A stretch of DNA of 64,000 nucleotides from Thermoproteota archaeon (GTDB lineage Archaea; Korarchaeota; JAOZGF01; JAOZFZ01): assembly GCA_027492035.1 (NCBI GenBank), contig JAOZFT010000020.1, positions 32,001 to 96,000 of the forward strand, read 5' to 3'. Shown piece by piece: positions 27,857 to 38,479 of the stretch (its first letter is position 1; each line of letters begins with the position of its first letter). The notes beneath the pieces are model-generated. The model saw nothing but the letters and a program-made list of their open reading frames with translations. It did not search any database and was not told the origin of the DNA. The position numbers and the translations under genes were made by a program.

Positions 27857-28387
27857 TTAACCCTTTTTAACTTTCCACTTTCTAATTAATTTATTAGCTA
27901 AGAAAGAAATTATTAACATCACAACTAAAGAAAGGACCACTACAAAGTAAAGGTTTGAAGTGAAACGAAGGAAACCTAAAATAGAACTTGCTATTATGAA
28001 ATAGAAAAGACAATTCCCAACAACACCTGCAGCGTACACTTTCCGTCTTTTAACCCCCATCAAGGCCATTAAAGGAACTGATAAATAAACCCAAAGTGTG
28101 AAGCAAAGTAAGACTAAGCCTGTAAAAGACGCAGCTGAACCGTACTTCTCCTCAAAATCAATTCTCTTCCTTTTAAAATATTCACTAAACCTCATGCTTA
28201 CCTTACTAATTTCTAAACCAGCGAAGTAAGCAATAGTGATCGCTAAAATGAGGGATATAAACCAAAGGATTGTTCCCCCTGCTAAACCAATTTCTGAACT
28301 ATAAAGCACAGTTAATGCCGGAATAATGACAGCCGAAAACTGCACAAGAAGTAAAAGAAATAACAGAAATAAAGTAAGTAATTCCAT
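27857..28387 (-). CDS. Hypothetical membrane protein (possibly DedA/VTT-like)
   Basis: 176 aa, about 5 TM, EKYG motif. Confidence 0.65.
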   Translation of the reverse strand: MELLTLFLLFLLLLVQFSAVIIPALTVLYSSEIGLAGGTILWFISLILAITIAYFAGLEISKVSMRFSEYFKRKRIDFEEKYGSAASFTGLVLLCFTLWVYLSVPLMALMGVKRRKVYAAGVVGNCLFYFIIASSILGFLRFTSNLYFVVVLSLVVMLIISFLANKLIRKWKVKKG

Positions 28388-28496
28388 TCTTCACCAACTC
28401 CCGTAAGAAGGTAAAAGGAGTCAAATTTTAAATTTAAATCTTCTCTTTTAATTTTTTTAAACCAAGTGAAGGAAAGGGTGAGAAAGGTAAGGGTAA

Positions 28497-29798
28497 ATGG
28501 GTGAAAAGGAAGTTTCTGAAATAGTTGATGAAGCAAAGGGGGAAATAATCTCTTTCTGCCGAGAATTAATTAAAACTGAGAGCTATAACCCTCCAGGTGG
28601 GGAAGAAAAGGTGGTGCAGGTAATAGCAAAGAAACTTGAGGAGGAAGAAGTACGGTATGAAATAATAAGTTCAGGAAATAAGAGAACCAATATATTAGCG
28701 GGGATAAAGAAAGGGAATGGGAGGAAACTTCTTTTCTGTGGACACATGGACACGGTTCCGCCAGGGGAGCTAGAAACTTGGAAGTTCCATCCCTTAAGTG
28801 CAGCGGTTGAGGATGGCAAAATCTACGGTAGAGGAGCATGTGATATGAAAAGTGGCTTAGCTTCGATGGTAATGGCTGCCATCCTATGTAAAAGACATGA
28901 GGAATGCATGAACAAAATCAATGGGGAAGTAATCTTGGCTATAGTTGCTGACGAAGAAATGGGAAGCGACTACGGCATGAAATTTTTAGTGAATAATTAT
29001 AGAGAAAAGTTAGGGGCTGATTACGCAGTTGTCTGTGAACCTTCAGGTTCGTCAACAACCGGGAAAGCTATTGTGATCGGTGAGAAAGGGGATTATGAAT
29101 TAAAGGTTACCTTCTTTGGAAAGAAAGGGCATTCAAGTGTCCCTTATCTAGCTGATAACGCGGTTGAAAAAGCCTGTAGATTCATTGCAAACCTTAACAA
29201 AATGAAAATTAGGAGAGTGAAACCTCCAATAACAAAGCTTCAATACCTTAAAATGTTTGTTGAAAAATATGGATGGGGAGAAATATTAAAGGGTTTGTTT
29301 TCAAAGCAGAAAAGTGCAGGAACAGCTGTGTTGAAGGCTTTAGTGAGCTGTGTATATTCTACAACAATTATAAATGGTGGATTCAAGTCCAACGTAATCC
29401 CTGACAAATGTGAAGCTACAATTGATTTCAGGGTGTTGCCTGGACAAACAGTTCAGGATGTGGAAGAAGCTGTTGAAAACTTAGCTGCAAAACTAGGGAT
29501 AAAGGTTTCAGTGGAAGTGCCTTTAGTAATTGAACCCTCGGTTCTCACTGATGGAGAAGAGTTGACAGGGACATTGGAGAAACTTGTGAATAAATTTTAT
29601 GGTGAAAAACCCTTAAAGATAATGATGCCAGGAGCTTCAGATGCTAGGTTCCTCAGAAACATATTAAAAATACCTACTGTTCAATTTGGTCCTGGAGAGG
29701 GAGAAACAGCTCATGCCAGTAACGAATACGTGGAAATAAATGATTTAATAAAGGCAACAAAAGTTTACATGTCTTTAATCGAGGAAATCTTCAAATAA
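28497..29798 (+). CDS. M20 metallopeptidase/deacylase (ArgE/DapE family)
   Basis: GHMDTV, GRGACDMK, DEE, CEP, GHSS, AHASNE. Confidence 0.9.
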   Translation: MGEKEVSEIVDEAKGEIISFCRELIKTESYNPPGGEEKVVQVIAKKLEEEEVRYEIISSGNKRTNILAGIKKGNGRKLLFCGHMDTVPPGELETWKFHPLSAAVEDGKIYGRGACDMKSGLASMVMAAILCKRHEECMNKINGEVILAIVADEEMGSDYGMKFLVNNYREKLGADYAVVCEPSGSSTTGKAIVIGEKGDYELKVTFFGKKGHSSVPYLADNAVEKACRFIANLNKMKIRRVKPPITKLQYLKMFVEKYGWGEILKGLFSKQKSAGTAVLKALVSCVYSTTIINGGFKSNVIPDKCEATIDFRVLPGQTVQDVEEAVENLAAKLGIKVSVEVPLVIEPSVLTDGEELTGTLEKLVNKFYGEKPLKIMMPGASDARFLRNILKIPTVQFGPGEGETAHASNEYVEINDLIKATKVYMSLIEEIFK

Positions 29799-29963
29799 AA
29801 AGTTTTGAAGATAGAGAAATTGTTTTTAAACGGTTTCTTCCTAGTTTATAGCTTCAAATCTCTCAGCCACTTGATTCAACTTGAAAACTAAGAATAAAGG
29901 CAGTAAGATTTACATGTTCCTTAACTGATGAAATTAATTGGTGAAGCCCTTGAATAAAAACAG

Positions 29964-30962
29964 TTAAGTTTTAAAGTTTACTTCCTTCCTTTTTGAGACA
30001 AGGAAGCTTACAGAAAAAAATATTAAGCTGATAACTACAAGTGGAAACCCTATTACAAAAGCGTCTCGACTTAAAAATTCCTTTATTTCTGTAGAAGTAA
30101 CTACATTGATTGTGTGGTTCAAAGTGTTTTTAATCCTGAACAGGTATTGGGTGTTAGGTTGCAAATTTAAGGAGAAATTTATTTTGTTTGAGGTTAAATT
30201 GATTAAAGGCTCCTCAGCATTTTGTGTAAACACGAGAAAAGTAATTTCCTTCAAGGAAGGAGTGTAAATAAACCCTTTAAGGCTGCAGCGGCACCAAGGT
30301 TTGAAAACAAAATCAACGTAGAGAGGCAAAACTTTACTTTTCCCTTCTGCAGTTACAAAACGGTAAACTGGAGGAGCATTTATCTTTCTACTCATAAAAA
30401 GGGAATAAGTCCTCACGTAACTAAAACATGCAGAACCTAAAAGTATAAACGATAAACCTACAAAGAAAGTGACGCCACCAGCCACAACATACTTTCGTGG
30501 AAGCCTTACACCTCCCTTCCCAATGAATTTAAAAGTACGGGTTTTAAGCAGTAAACCTGAGAAGAAAAGAATAACTCCTGCTGCCGTCAACGGAAGCGAA
30601 AAACCTGCGTAAGGATGAATCATACCCCATCTAACTGTAGGAATCAAGCGAAAAGAACCCCCAAAAACTTGAGGCAAAACATCATAACGTAACATGCCAA
30701 TTTCTCCATACAACGAACACAGAGCAGCTGCTGTGAAACACATCACCGAAGTAAGAATCGCAAAAACACCGATTTTACCCAAGAAAGGTACATTAACCAA
30801 TTGATTTGTCCCAATAACCCAACTTAGAACCAAAAATAGTGGAACTAACATGAAAATCAGAGATGAAACAAGTTGACGCTCCTTGGTCCAAGTAAGCAAA
30901 CCAACAAAGAAGAGAACAACACTAACAACACCCAGCAATTTACTGGAATCAACCCTCAACAA
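29964..30962 (-). CDS. Hypothetical membrane protein
   Basis: 332 aa, several N-terminal TM, a soluble beta-rich segment and a C-terminal TM. Confidence 0.65.
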   Translation of the reverse strand: MLRVDSSKLLGVVSVVLFFVGLLTWTKERQLVSSLIFMLVPLFLVLSWVIGTNQLVNVPFLGKIGVFAILTSVMCFTAAALCSLYGEIGMLRYDVLPQVFGGSFRLIPTVRWGMIHPYAGFSLPLTAAGVILFFSGLLLKTRTFKFIGKGGVRLPRKYVVAGGVTFFVGLSFILLGSACFSYVRTYSLFMSRKINAPPVYRFVTAEGKSKVLPLYVDFVFKPWCRCSLKGFIYTPSLKEITFLVFTQNAEEPLINLTSNKINFSLNLQPNTQYLFRIKNTLNHTINVVTSTEIKEFLSRDAFVIGFPLVVISLIFFSVSFLVSKRKEVNFKT

Positions 30963-31350
30963 AGTCGAGACAACCCTCCTAAACCCTTTATCTCAAAAAA
31001 AATTAAATTCATGTTTTTCCGTTTTTCATTTTTAAAGGCATTTAACTCCCTGAAACTCTTTAAAAAATTTCCTACCTAAACTTCAGGAGTTAAATAAACT
31101 TAATATTTTGTCAAATAAAGGGTTTCTGAGTTAACTCCGTTGAGGAGAAAGAGAAAGCGTGGACAATAAAACTTTACCTACGTTGCAACTTTTTCTGAAG
31201 CTTTAGAAAACCAGTAAATGATTAAGTGAACAAGTAAAAATTAGTTAAAGGAAGAAAGACTTAAACAATATGGAAACAAGTAAAGTACAGGGTTCCAATG
31301 GCTTCTTCCATAAGGGACTGAAGATCAGCTTTAGTAAAATTTTTAAAAAT

Positions 31351-31378
31351 ATCGATATGTACATTGTGTAATATCGAG
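31351..31378. promoter_or_regulatory. ModE-box-like palindrome upstream of wtpA
   Basis: ATCGATATGTA-N6-GTAATATCGAG versus ModE consensus ATCGnTATATA-N6-TATATAnCGAT; directly after a TATA-like TTTTTAAAA. Confidence 0.55.
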
Positions 31379-31400
31379 AATTTTAAGGAGGCACTGAAGG

Positions 31401-32417
31401 ATGGAGAAGGGTACAGTTTTCCTAATAGTCTTGATTTGTGTTGGTACAATGGCAGGGTTTGCTGTTTGGGAAGTAATGATTCCTTCTAAACAGGTTTTAA
31501 CTGTTTACCATGCAGGAAGTCTTTCAATCCCCTTTGAAGAAGTCAGGGTAGAGTTTGAAAAACAACACCCTACTGTGGATATCCAGTTATTTTCTATGGG
31601 TAGTGTTAAATTGGTTAGGCAAATAACTGATCTGGGAAAGAGCGTGGATGTGGCTGCAGTGGCGGATTACCGTCTAATCCCGGAAATGATGTATCCAAAA
31701 TTTGCAGATTGGGTTGTTAGGTTTGCAAGGAACGAAATGGTTCTGGTTTACACAAACAAAAGTAAATATTCCAAAGAGATCAACCCTGAAAATTGGTACA
31801 ACGTATTAAAGAGGAAAAGTGTAACTTTTGGTTTCGCAAACCCAAACATGGACCCCTGTGGTTACAGAGCGGTTATGGTGGTTCAGTTAGCTGAACTTTA
31901 CTACAACGACCCTGAAATATTTGATAACTTAATCTTAAACAACACGAACATTAGAGTAAGTGAGGAAGGAGGGACATATCTAATTACCGTGCCTGAAAAC
32001 TTGGAACCAGTCACTGGAAAGGTTGTAATTAGACCGAAATCTGTTGAACTTGTGGCTTTAATTGAGGAAGGTGGCCTTGATTATGCTTTTGAGTACAGAA
32101 GCGTAGCCATTCAACACAAGTTAATGTTTGTGGATTTACCTGATAAAATAGACTTAAGTCAACCAAGCTACACGAATTTTTACGGGAAGGTTAGCCTTAT
32201 AAGAGCTGACGGAAAAAAATGTACAGGAAAACCTGTTGTGTATGGGTTAACTGTTCCAAAAAATTCTTTAAGGCCTAGTCTTGGGTTAAAACTTGTAAAA
32301 TTTATTTTAAGTAATAAAGGAAGGAAGATACTTGATGACTGCGGCCAACCACCTATTGTTCCTCCAGTTGGGACTGGAAACATACCTGAAGAGTTAAAAC
32401 CCTCCTTACAGAAATAA
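31401..32417 (+). CDS. wtpA: Tungstate ABC transporter substrate-binding protein
   Basis: HAGSL, GSV, ADY, NPNMDPCGYR, RPKSVEL, YAFEYRSVA. Confidence 0.92.
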   Translation: MEKGTVFLIVLICVGTMAGFAVWEVMIPSKQVLTVYHAGSLSIPFEEVRVEFEKQHPTVDIQLFSMGSVKLVRQITDLGKSVDVAAVADYRLIPEMMYPKFADWVVRFARNEMVLVYTNKSKYSKEINPENWYNVLKRKSVTFGFANPNMDPCGYRAVMVVQLAELYYNDPEIFDNLILNNTNIRVSEEGGTYLITVPENLEPVTGKVVIRPKSVELVALIEEGGLDYAFEYRSVAIQHKLMFVDLPDKIDLSQPSYTNFYGKVSLIRADGKKCTGKPVVYGLTVPKNSLRPSLGLKLVKFILSNKGRKILDDCGQPPIVPPVGTGNIPEELKPSLQK

Positions 32418-32447
32418 ATAACAGGAAAACGTGAATTTTTTAAGTTT

Positions 32448-33290
32448 TTGGAGGGAGGTTTTCTTATGCGTTTTCCAACTAATGGTTCTTTAAACAGACA
32501 AATTAAGAAGTCAAAAATTGAAGCTCTTTTTCTTTTCTTCCTTTCCATAGGTTCTCTTCTTTTATTGTTTGTCTGTGCCACCCTTGGAAACATGTTTTAT
32601 GAACAATTAAATGATTTACCGGGCTTAATTAACACTTTAAAAGACCCTGCTGTCTTGCACTCTATTTGGGTCAGCGTATCTGCAACTACAGTATCTACTC
32701 TCACAGCTTTCCTTTTCGGTGTCCCTTTAGCTTATTTCTTAGCTAGAAAAGATTTCTTAGGTAAAGGTTTTATTGAAGGGGTTTTAGATGTTCCCTTAAT
32801 GATCCCTCACATTGTAGCTGGAATTGCTTTGTACGGAGTTTTTGCACAGTCAGGGTTAATAGGGTCTCCCTTCAGAAAAATAGGAATTATTTTCCAAGAT
32901 GCTTTCCCAGGAATAGTTGTTGCCATGCTCTTCATGAGTTTCCCTTACTTAGTTGACAGTGCAAAAGAAGGCTTTAAAACAGTTGATCCAAGGCTTGAAA
33001 ATGTTGCTCGTTCACTGGGGGTTTCTCAGTGGAAAGCATTCACAAAAGTTACTTTCCCGCTTGCGTTCCCATCTATTTTCAACGGTGTACTCCTATGTTG
33101 GGCTAGGGGAATAAGTGAGTTTTCAGCAGTGTTAATCCTTGCTTACTTCCCGAAATCAGCACCTATCCTCATTTATGAAAAATTCACATCTTTCGGTTTA
33201 GCTGTTTCAAGACCAATCTCTGTCTTACTTATTTTGATCTGTCTTTTAATTTTTGTGTTTTTAAGAACATGTAAACGGAGGAAACAATGA
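32448..33290 (+). CDS. wtpB: Tungstate/molybdate ABC permease
   Basis: DVPLMIPHIVAGIAL, EAA-like loop ENVARSLG, WARGISEF. Start probably ATG 32466. Confidence 0.9.
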   Translation: MEGGFLMRFPTNGSLNRQIKKSKIEALFLFFLSIGSLLLLFVCATLGNMFYEQLNDLPGLINTLKDPAVLHSIWVSVSATTVSTLTAFLFGVPLAYFLARKDFLGKGFIEGVLDVPLMIPHIVAGIALYGVFAQSGLIGSPFRKIGIIFQDAFPGIVVAMLFMSFPYLVDSAKEGFKTVDPRLENVARSLGVSQWKAFTKVTFPLAFPSIFNGVLLCWARGISEFSAVLILAYFPKSAPILIYEKFTSFGLAVSRPISVLLILICLLIFVFLRTCKRRKQ

Positions 33291-34321
33291 TAAAAATTAA
33301 GAATTTATACAAGAGTTGGGAAGGGTTCTCCCTTAAAAACATAAATTTAGAAGTTGAAAGAAGGGAGTATTTAGTTATTTTAGGCCCAACAGGAGCCGGA
33401 AAAACACTACTTCTCGAAACAATGGCAGGTTTCCATTTTCCCGACAAAGGAGAAATATGGATAAATAGCAAAAACGTAACCTACACCCCCCCAGAAAAAA
33501 GGGGGATAGGGTTCGTTTACCAAGACTACTTGCTTTTTCCCCACCTTACTGTAGAGGAAAATATTAGGTTTGGACTGGAAAAAAGTGAGGAAAGAGGTAA
33601 AATAAGGGAAGTAATGGAATGGCTTGGGATACTTCATCTTGCTAAAAAATACCCAGAAAAATTAAGTGGCGGTGAACAACAGAAAGTAGCTTTAGCTAGG
33701 GCTTTAGTGAGAAAACCAGGTGTTCTTCTTTTAGATGAACCTTTAGCAGCTGTAGACCAAAAAACAAAGGAGTATTTACGAGAGGAGCTGAAAAGAGTTC
33801 ATAAAGAGGCGGAGATTACAACTGTACATGTAACTCACGATAGAACAGAGGCTATAGTGTTAGCTGACAGAGTAGCTGTGATGATGAATGGGGAAATTAA
33901 GCAAGTAGACAAAACTTCCGATGTCTTCAGTAAACCTTCAAATGAGGAAATAGCAGCCTTTGTTGGGGTGGAGAACATCTTAAAAGGGGAGATATCAAGA
34001 TACAAGGAAGGAGTTGCCCTAATAAACACGGAAGAAATGGAAATTTACGCTGCATCAAAATATCAGGATGGAAAAGTTACTGTGCTTATAAGGCCTGAGG
34101 ACATTCTCCTCTCCAGAAACCGACCAGAAACCAGTGCAAGAAATAACATAAGGGGGACAATTAGTGAAGTAACTTATTTGGGTGCAATTTACCGCATAAA
34201 AATTGATAAAGGGTTAGTTGCATTCATAACAAAAAAATCATGGGAGGAATTAAAGCTCAAAACTGGTGACCAAGTCTATTTCTCCTTTAAAGCCACGGCT
34301 GTCCATACCTTAAAATCTTGA
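33287..34321 (+). CDS. wtpC: Tungstate ABC ATPase with TOBE domains
   Basis: GPTGAGKT, LSGGEQQ, LLDEP, TSARN, C-terminal FKATAV. Confidence 0.92.
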   Translation: MIKIKNLYKSWEGFSLKNINLEVERREYLVILGPTGAGKTLLLETMAGFHFPDKGEIWINSKNVTYTPPEKRGIGFVYQDYLLFPHLTVEENIRFGLEKSEERGKIREVMEWLGILHLAKKYPEKLSGGEQQKVALARALVRKPGVLLLDEPLAAVDQKTKEYLREELKRVHKEAEITTVHVTHDRTEAIVLADRVAVMMNGEIKQVDKTSDVFSKPSNEEIAAFVGVENILKGEISRYKEGVALINTEEMEIYAASKYQDGKVTVLIRPEDILLSRNRPETSARNNIRGTISEVTYLGAIYRIKIDKGLVAFITKKSWEELKLKTGDQVYFSFKATAVHTLKS

Positions 34322-34618
34322 ACAATTGGTAAAAATGTCTTTATTTTAGTTTTTAAAAGTAAGGAAAAGGGTTCATGGTTCAATGAAAATTTTTACTTTC
34401 TTTTTGAAAAAGGTTTGTTTTTAGATTTCGGGGACAAATGCTTTAGCAGCTACCGGCAAAAATTCTTCTTTTAAAAGGGAAACCAAAGAAGTGAATGTTT
34501 TCACATTTAATTTGGTTATTTTTAAAAAAAATTATAATATTAAAGAAATATCGAAATTTTTTTAAATAAATTTATCCTATTTAAAACAGAAAATTTCTGG
34601 AAGTGGTGAACTTTACAA

Positions 34619-35239
34619 ATGAAAACGGTTTTCATACGTCCAGAGAGATGTATAGGCTGTAAACATTGCGAAATTGCTTGTGCTATCGAACATTCCAAGT
34701 CCAAGGAACTCTTCACTGCAATTTTGGAGGAACCCACGCCAGCCCCAAGGATACATGTGTTACCAACTATTGGCATAATGACTTTCCCGGATAAATGCCG
34801 ACACTGCAACCCTGCCCCTTGTATGCAGGTCTGTCCAACAGGTGCAATAACTAGAAATAAAGAAATTGACACAGTGTTAATTAATGGAAACAGGTGTATA
34901 GCTTGTGGAATGTGTGGAATCGTTTGTCCCTTTGATGCTATATCCTATAAAAGAAGCTGGGAAATCTCTATCGAACGGGAAGTAGCATTGAAATGTGACA
35001 ACTGTGTGGACAGATTAATGAAAGGCTTTGAACCAGCCTGTGTTGAAGCATGCAAAACAAATGCTTTATCATGGGGTGAAATTGAAGAGGTAATGAGGGA
35101 GGAAAGGAAGAAAATTGCAGAAAAAATCGCGATTGCAACAACATCTGCTGAGGAACTTCTAGAGAAACCTGTGCCTGAAAATATTAAGTTGTGGCGTGAT
35201 TTGGGGCTGGTGATAAAGAAGTTAGGTGAGAAAGGATGA
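34619..35239 (+). CDS. cooF: CooF-type 4x[4Fe-4S] electron-transfer protein
   Basis: Four Cys clusters (CIGCKHCEIAC, CRHCNPAPCMQVCP, CIACGMCGIVCP, KCDNC...PACVEAC); ATGA overlap with cooS. Confidence 0.9.
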   Translation: MKTVFIRPERCIGCKHCEIACAIEHSKSKELFTAILEEPTPAPRIHVLPTIGIMTFPDKCRHCNPAPCMQVCPTGAITRNKEIDTVLINGNRCIACGMCGIVCPFDAISYKRSWEISIEREVALKCDNCVDRLMKGFEPACVEACKTNALSWGEIEEVMREERKKIAEKIAIATTSAEELLEKPVPENIKLWRDLGLVIKKLGEKG

Positions 35240-37116
35240 AGGAGTTAAATGTCATTAAAAAAAGGTCAAATGACCCTGCAGCGCAAAAAATGCTCGAAGT
35301 AACTGCGGAAGAGCATATCCAAACTGCCTGGGACAGGTTAGAACTGCAACAGCCTCAATGCGGTTATGGTCAACTGGGAATCTGTTGCAGAAACTGTGGA
35401 ATGGGACCGTGTAGGATTAACCCCTTCGGGGAAGAGCCTCAGAGAGGTGTTTGCGGCGCTACAGCTGATACAATAGTTGCACGTAACTTAGCAAGGATGA
35501 TTGCTGGTGGAGCTGCAGCCCACTCAGACCATGGCAGGGATATAGTTGAAGTACTTCATCTCACAGCCCTTGGGAAAGCTCAAGGGTACAAAATAACTGA
35601 TGTCGAAAAATTGAAAAGAGTAGCTAAGGAGTACGGAGTAGCTGTTGATGGGAGAAAACCTGAAGAAATAGCGAAAGAGTTAGCGGAAGAAGTAATGAAA
35701 GAGTTTGGTATGGTAAAGGGAAGAATCCAATTCGTTGAAAGGGCGCCTGAGAAAAGGAAAGAGGTTTGGAAGAAGCTCGGTGTCTTGCCTAGAGGGGTTG
35801 ATAGGGAAATTGTGGAAATTATGCACAGGACACATATCGGCGTTGACGCTGACTATGTGAATATTCTGCTCCACGGCTTAAGAGCATCTATTTCTGACGG
35901 GTGGGGTGGTTCAATGATTGCTACTGAACTTAGCGACATTCTTTTCGGCACCCCTAAACCAATAGAAAGTGTAATGAATCTAGGGGTTCTGAAAAAAGAT
36001 ATGGTCAACGTCATCGTTCATGGACACAATCCTGTATTGTCTGAAATGGTTGTAAAGGCTTCTAGCGACCCGGAATTAGTTGAATTAGCTAAGAAAAAAG
36101 GTGCAAAGGGAATTAATGTTGTCGGTATATGTTGCACAGCAAATGAGTTGTTGATGCGTCAAGGGATTCCGATTGCGGGTAACTTCTTACATCAAGAACT
36201 AGCAATAGCAACAGGGGCTGTTGAAGCGATAGTGGTTGATTACCAATGCATCATGCCTATACTTCCCCACATTGCTAAGTGTTATCACACTAAAGTTATA
36301 ACAACTGCAGCGAAAGCTAAGATACCGGGTGCTCTGCACATAGAATTTGAACCTGAACACGCATATGAGGTTGCTAAAAAAATCGTTAAAGAAGCTGTTG
36401 AAGCATATGGATCAAGAAACCCAGACAGAGTCAGAATTCCAGATGTTACAATGAAGGTGATGGCTGGTTTTTCAGCTGAAGCTATATTGCAAGCTTTGGG
36501 TGGAACGCCGAAGCCGTTAATTGATGCAATAAAAACTGGTAAAATAAGAGGTATAGCAGCTATTGTGGGCTGTAATAACCCAAAAATTAAACAGGACTAT
36601 AACCACGTAACATTAACAAAACTCCTTATCAAAAACAACATTCTTGTAGTTGAAACAGGGTGTGCAGCCATTGCCAACGGCAAAGCTGGTTTACTCGTTC
36701 CTGAAGCAGCAGATCAAGCTGGAGAAGGACTTAAGGAAGTATGTAAATCATTAGGTATACCTCCAGTACTGCACATGGGTTCATGTGTAGACATTAGCAG
36801 AATCCTTGTTTTAGCTGCAGCTGTTGCAAAAGAGTTAAATGTAGACATCAGCGACTTACCTGTGGCAGGTGCAGCACCTGAATGGATGTCGGAGAAAGCA
36901 GTCAGTATTGGTGCGTACGTTGTTTCTTCCGGTATTTTCACAGTGCTAGGGCCCATTCCTCCAGTGCTTGGAAGCATGAAAGTGGCAACCCTCCTCACTA
37001 AAGATTTAGAGAAAGTAATTGGAGCAGTTTTTGCAGTTGATCCTGACCCTGAAAAAGAGGCTCGACTAATAATAAACCATATAGAAAAGAAAAGGAAAGC
37101 GTTGGGGTTATCTTAA
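35236..37116 (+). CDS. cooS: Anaerobic Ni-CO dehydrogenase catalytic subunit
   Basis: QCGYGQLGICCRNCGMGPC, HSDH, HGHNP, GICCT, DYQC, GCNN, TGC, GSCVD, EKA; all cluster ligands present. Confidence 0.96.
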   Translation: MKELNVIKKRSNDPAAQKMLEVTAEEHIQTAWDRLELQQPQCGYGQLGICCRNCGMGPCRINPFGEEPQRGVCGATADTIVARNLARMIAGGAAAHSDHGRDIVEVLHLTALGKAQGYKITDVEKLKRVAKEYGVAVDGRKPEEIAKELAEEVMKEFGMVKGRIQFVERAPEKRKEVWKKLGVLPRGVDREIVEIMHRTHIGVDADYVNILLHGLRASISDGWGGSMIATELSDILFGTPKPIESVMNLGVLKKDMVNVIVHGHNPVLSEMVVKASSDPELVELAKKKGAKGINVVGICCTANELLMRQGIPIAGNFLHQELAIATGAVEAIVVDYQCIMPILPHIAKCYHTKVITTAAKAKIPGALHIEFEPEHAYEVAKKIVKEAVEAYGSRNPDRVRIPDVTMKVMAGFSAEAILQALGGTPKPLIDAIKTGKIRGIAAIVGCNNPKIKQDYNHVTLTKLLIKNNILVVETGCAAIANGKAGLLVPEAADQAGEGLKEVCKSLGIPPVLHMGSCVDISRILVLAAAVAKELNVDISDLPVAGAAPEWMSEKAVSIGAYVVSSGIFTVLGPIPPVLGSMKVATLLTKDLEKVIGAVFAVDPDPEKEARLIINHIEKKRKALGLS

Positions 37117-37163
37117 CCCCTAAACTCCTTTTTTTTATTTTTTTTTGAGAAGGAAGATGGGAA

Positions 37164-38414
37164 ATGAGAATTGTTGTTATAGGAACTGGAGGAGCTGGAG
37201 TCAGTGCAGTTGAGGCAATAAGGGAGTATGATAAAGACTCAGAAATATTTATGATATCACGTGAAAACACTCCTCCCTATTCTCCATGTGTTCTTGTAGA
37301 TTACTTTCAGCGAAAAGAAGAAATAGATAAGTTGTTTTGGAAGGGTGAAGATTTCTACAAAAAAATGGATGTTACCCCCCTCTTGGGTAAAGTAGTTAAC
37401 AAAATCAATACAAAAAATAAAAAGATTTCCTTTAACGAAGAAACCCTTGACTACGACAAACTGCTTATTGCTGCAGGAGGTAAAGTAACTCTTCCACCCT
37501 TAAAAGGACTGAACAAAAAAGGGGTCTTCACTTTTAAAACACTTGAAGATGCTGACAAAATCCGGGAATGGATTAAAAAAGGTAAAGTTGAGAAAGGTGT
37601 TGTGATAGGTGGAGGGTTTATAGGTTTAGATGCAGCCATGTGCCTTACAAGTTACGGGGTAAAAGTGACTGTGGTTGAAGCTCTTAACAGGTTGTTACCA
37701 AGGATGCTTGATTACGAAATGGGTACACTCGTGAAAGAAATAGTGGAAAGGAATGGAGTGGCAGTAGTTGTTAATGGCAGAGTTAATGAAATAGTTGGCG
37801 AGGAAAAGGTTGAGAAAGTAAAGTTTGAAAAGGGAGAAGTCTTAGATGCAGAAATAGTAGTAATGGCTACAGGTGTAAAACCAAACACAGAAGTAGTTGA
37901 AGGAACTGATATAAAATTTAATGGCAGGAGGGGAGTGGTTGTAAATGAATACATGGAAACAAGTGTTAAAGACGTTTATGCAGCAGGAGACATTGTTGAA
38001 TCAATTGACATCGTTACAGGGGAGAAAAAACCTATTCTGCTTTGGTCAAACGCTTTGTTGCAGGGTGCAATTGCCGGATATAACCTGATAGGAAGGAAAG
38101 TGAAGTATTTAGGGTCAACAAACCAAACCATAATTAAAGTTTTCAACGTACCCGTTGTTTCAGATGGCAATTATATAGGTGAGGAAATAAAACTTTTCAG
38201 CAGGGACGTGTACAAGAAAATGTACATTAAAAATAACAGGATTTACGGTTACATGTTAATAAACACTAAAAAGAATGCTGGACTTTATAACTCTTTAATG
38301 GTCAGCAAAAAAGACATTTCAGAGTTTAAAGATTTCCTTTTAACTGACGAATTCAATTACGGTAAACTTGTAACTAAAGCAATTACTTTAGAGAAAGAGA
38401 CTTACCAATATTGA
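37164..38414 (+). CDS. FAD/NAD(P)-dependent oxidoreductase (FNOR)
   Basis: IGTGGAG, YSPC, GGGFIG, TSVKDVYAAGD. Confidence 0.88.
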   Translation: MRIVVIGTGGAGVSAVEAIREYDKDSEIFMISRENTPPYSPCVLVDYFQRKEEIDKLFWKGEDFYKKMDVTPLLGKVVNKINTKNKKISFNEETLDYDKLLIAAGGKVTLPPLKGLNKKGVFTFKTLEDADKIREWIKKGKVEKGVVIGGGFIGLDAAMCLTSYGVKVTVVEALNRLLPRMLDYEMGTLVKEIVERNGVAVVVNGRVNEIVGEEKVEKVKFEKGEVLDAEIVVMATGVKPNTEVVEGTDIKFNGRRGVVVNEYMETSVKDVYAAGDIVESIDIVTGEKKPILLWSNALLQGAIAGYNLIGRKVKYLGSTNQTIIKVFNVPVVSDGNYIGEEIKLFSRDVYKKMYIKNNRIYGYMLINTKKNAGLYNSLMVSKKDISEFKDFLLTDEFNYGKLVTKAITLEKETYQY

Positions 38415-38479
38415 TAGGTTTCCTTCTTCACATTAAAACCACTTAAAAAAGAGCCGGTAAAGTTTCAGAAGGGTAAAGC

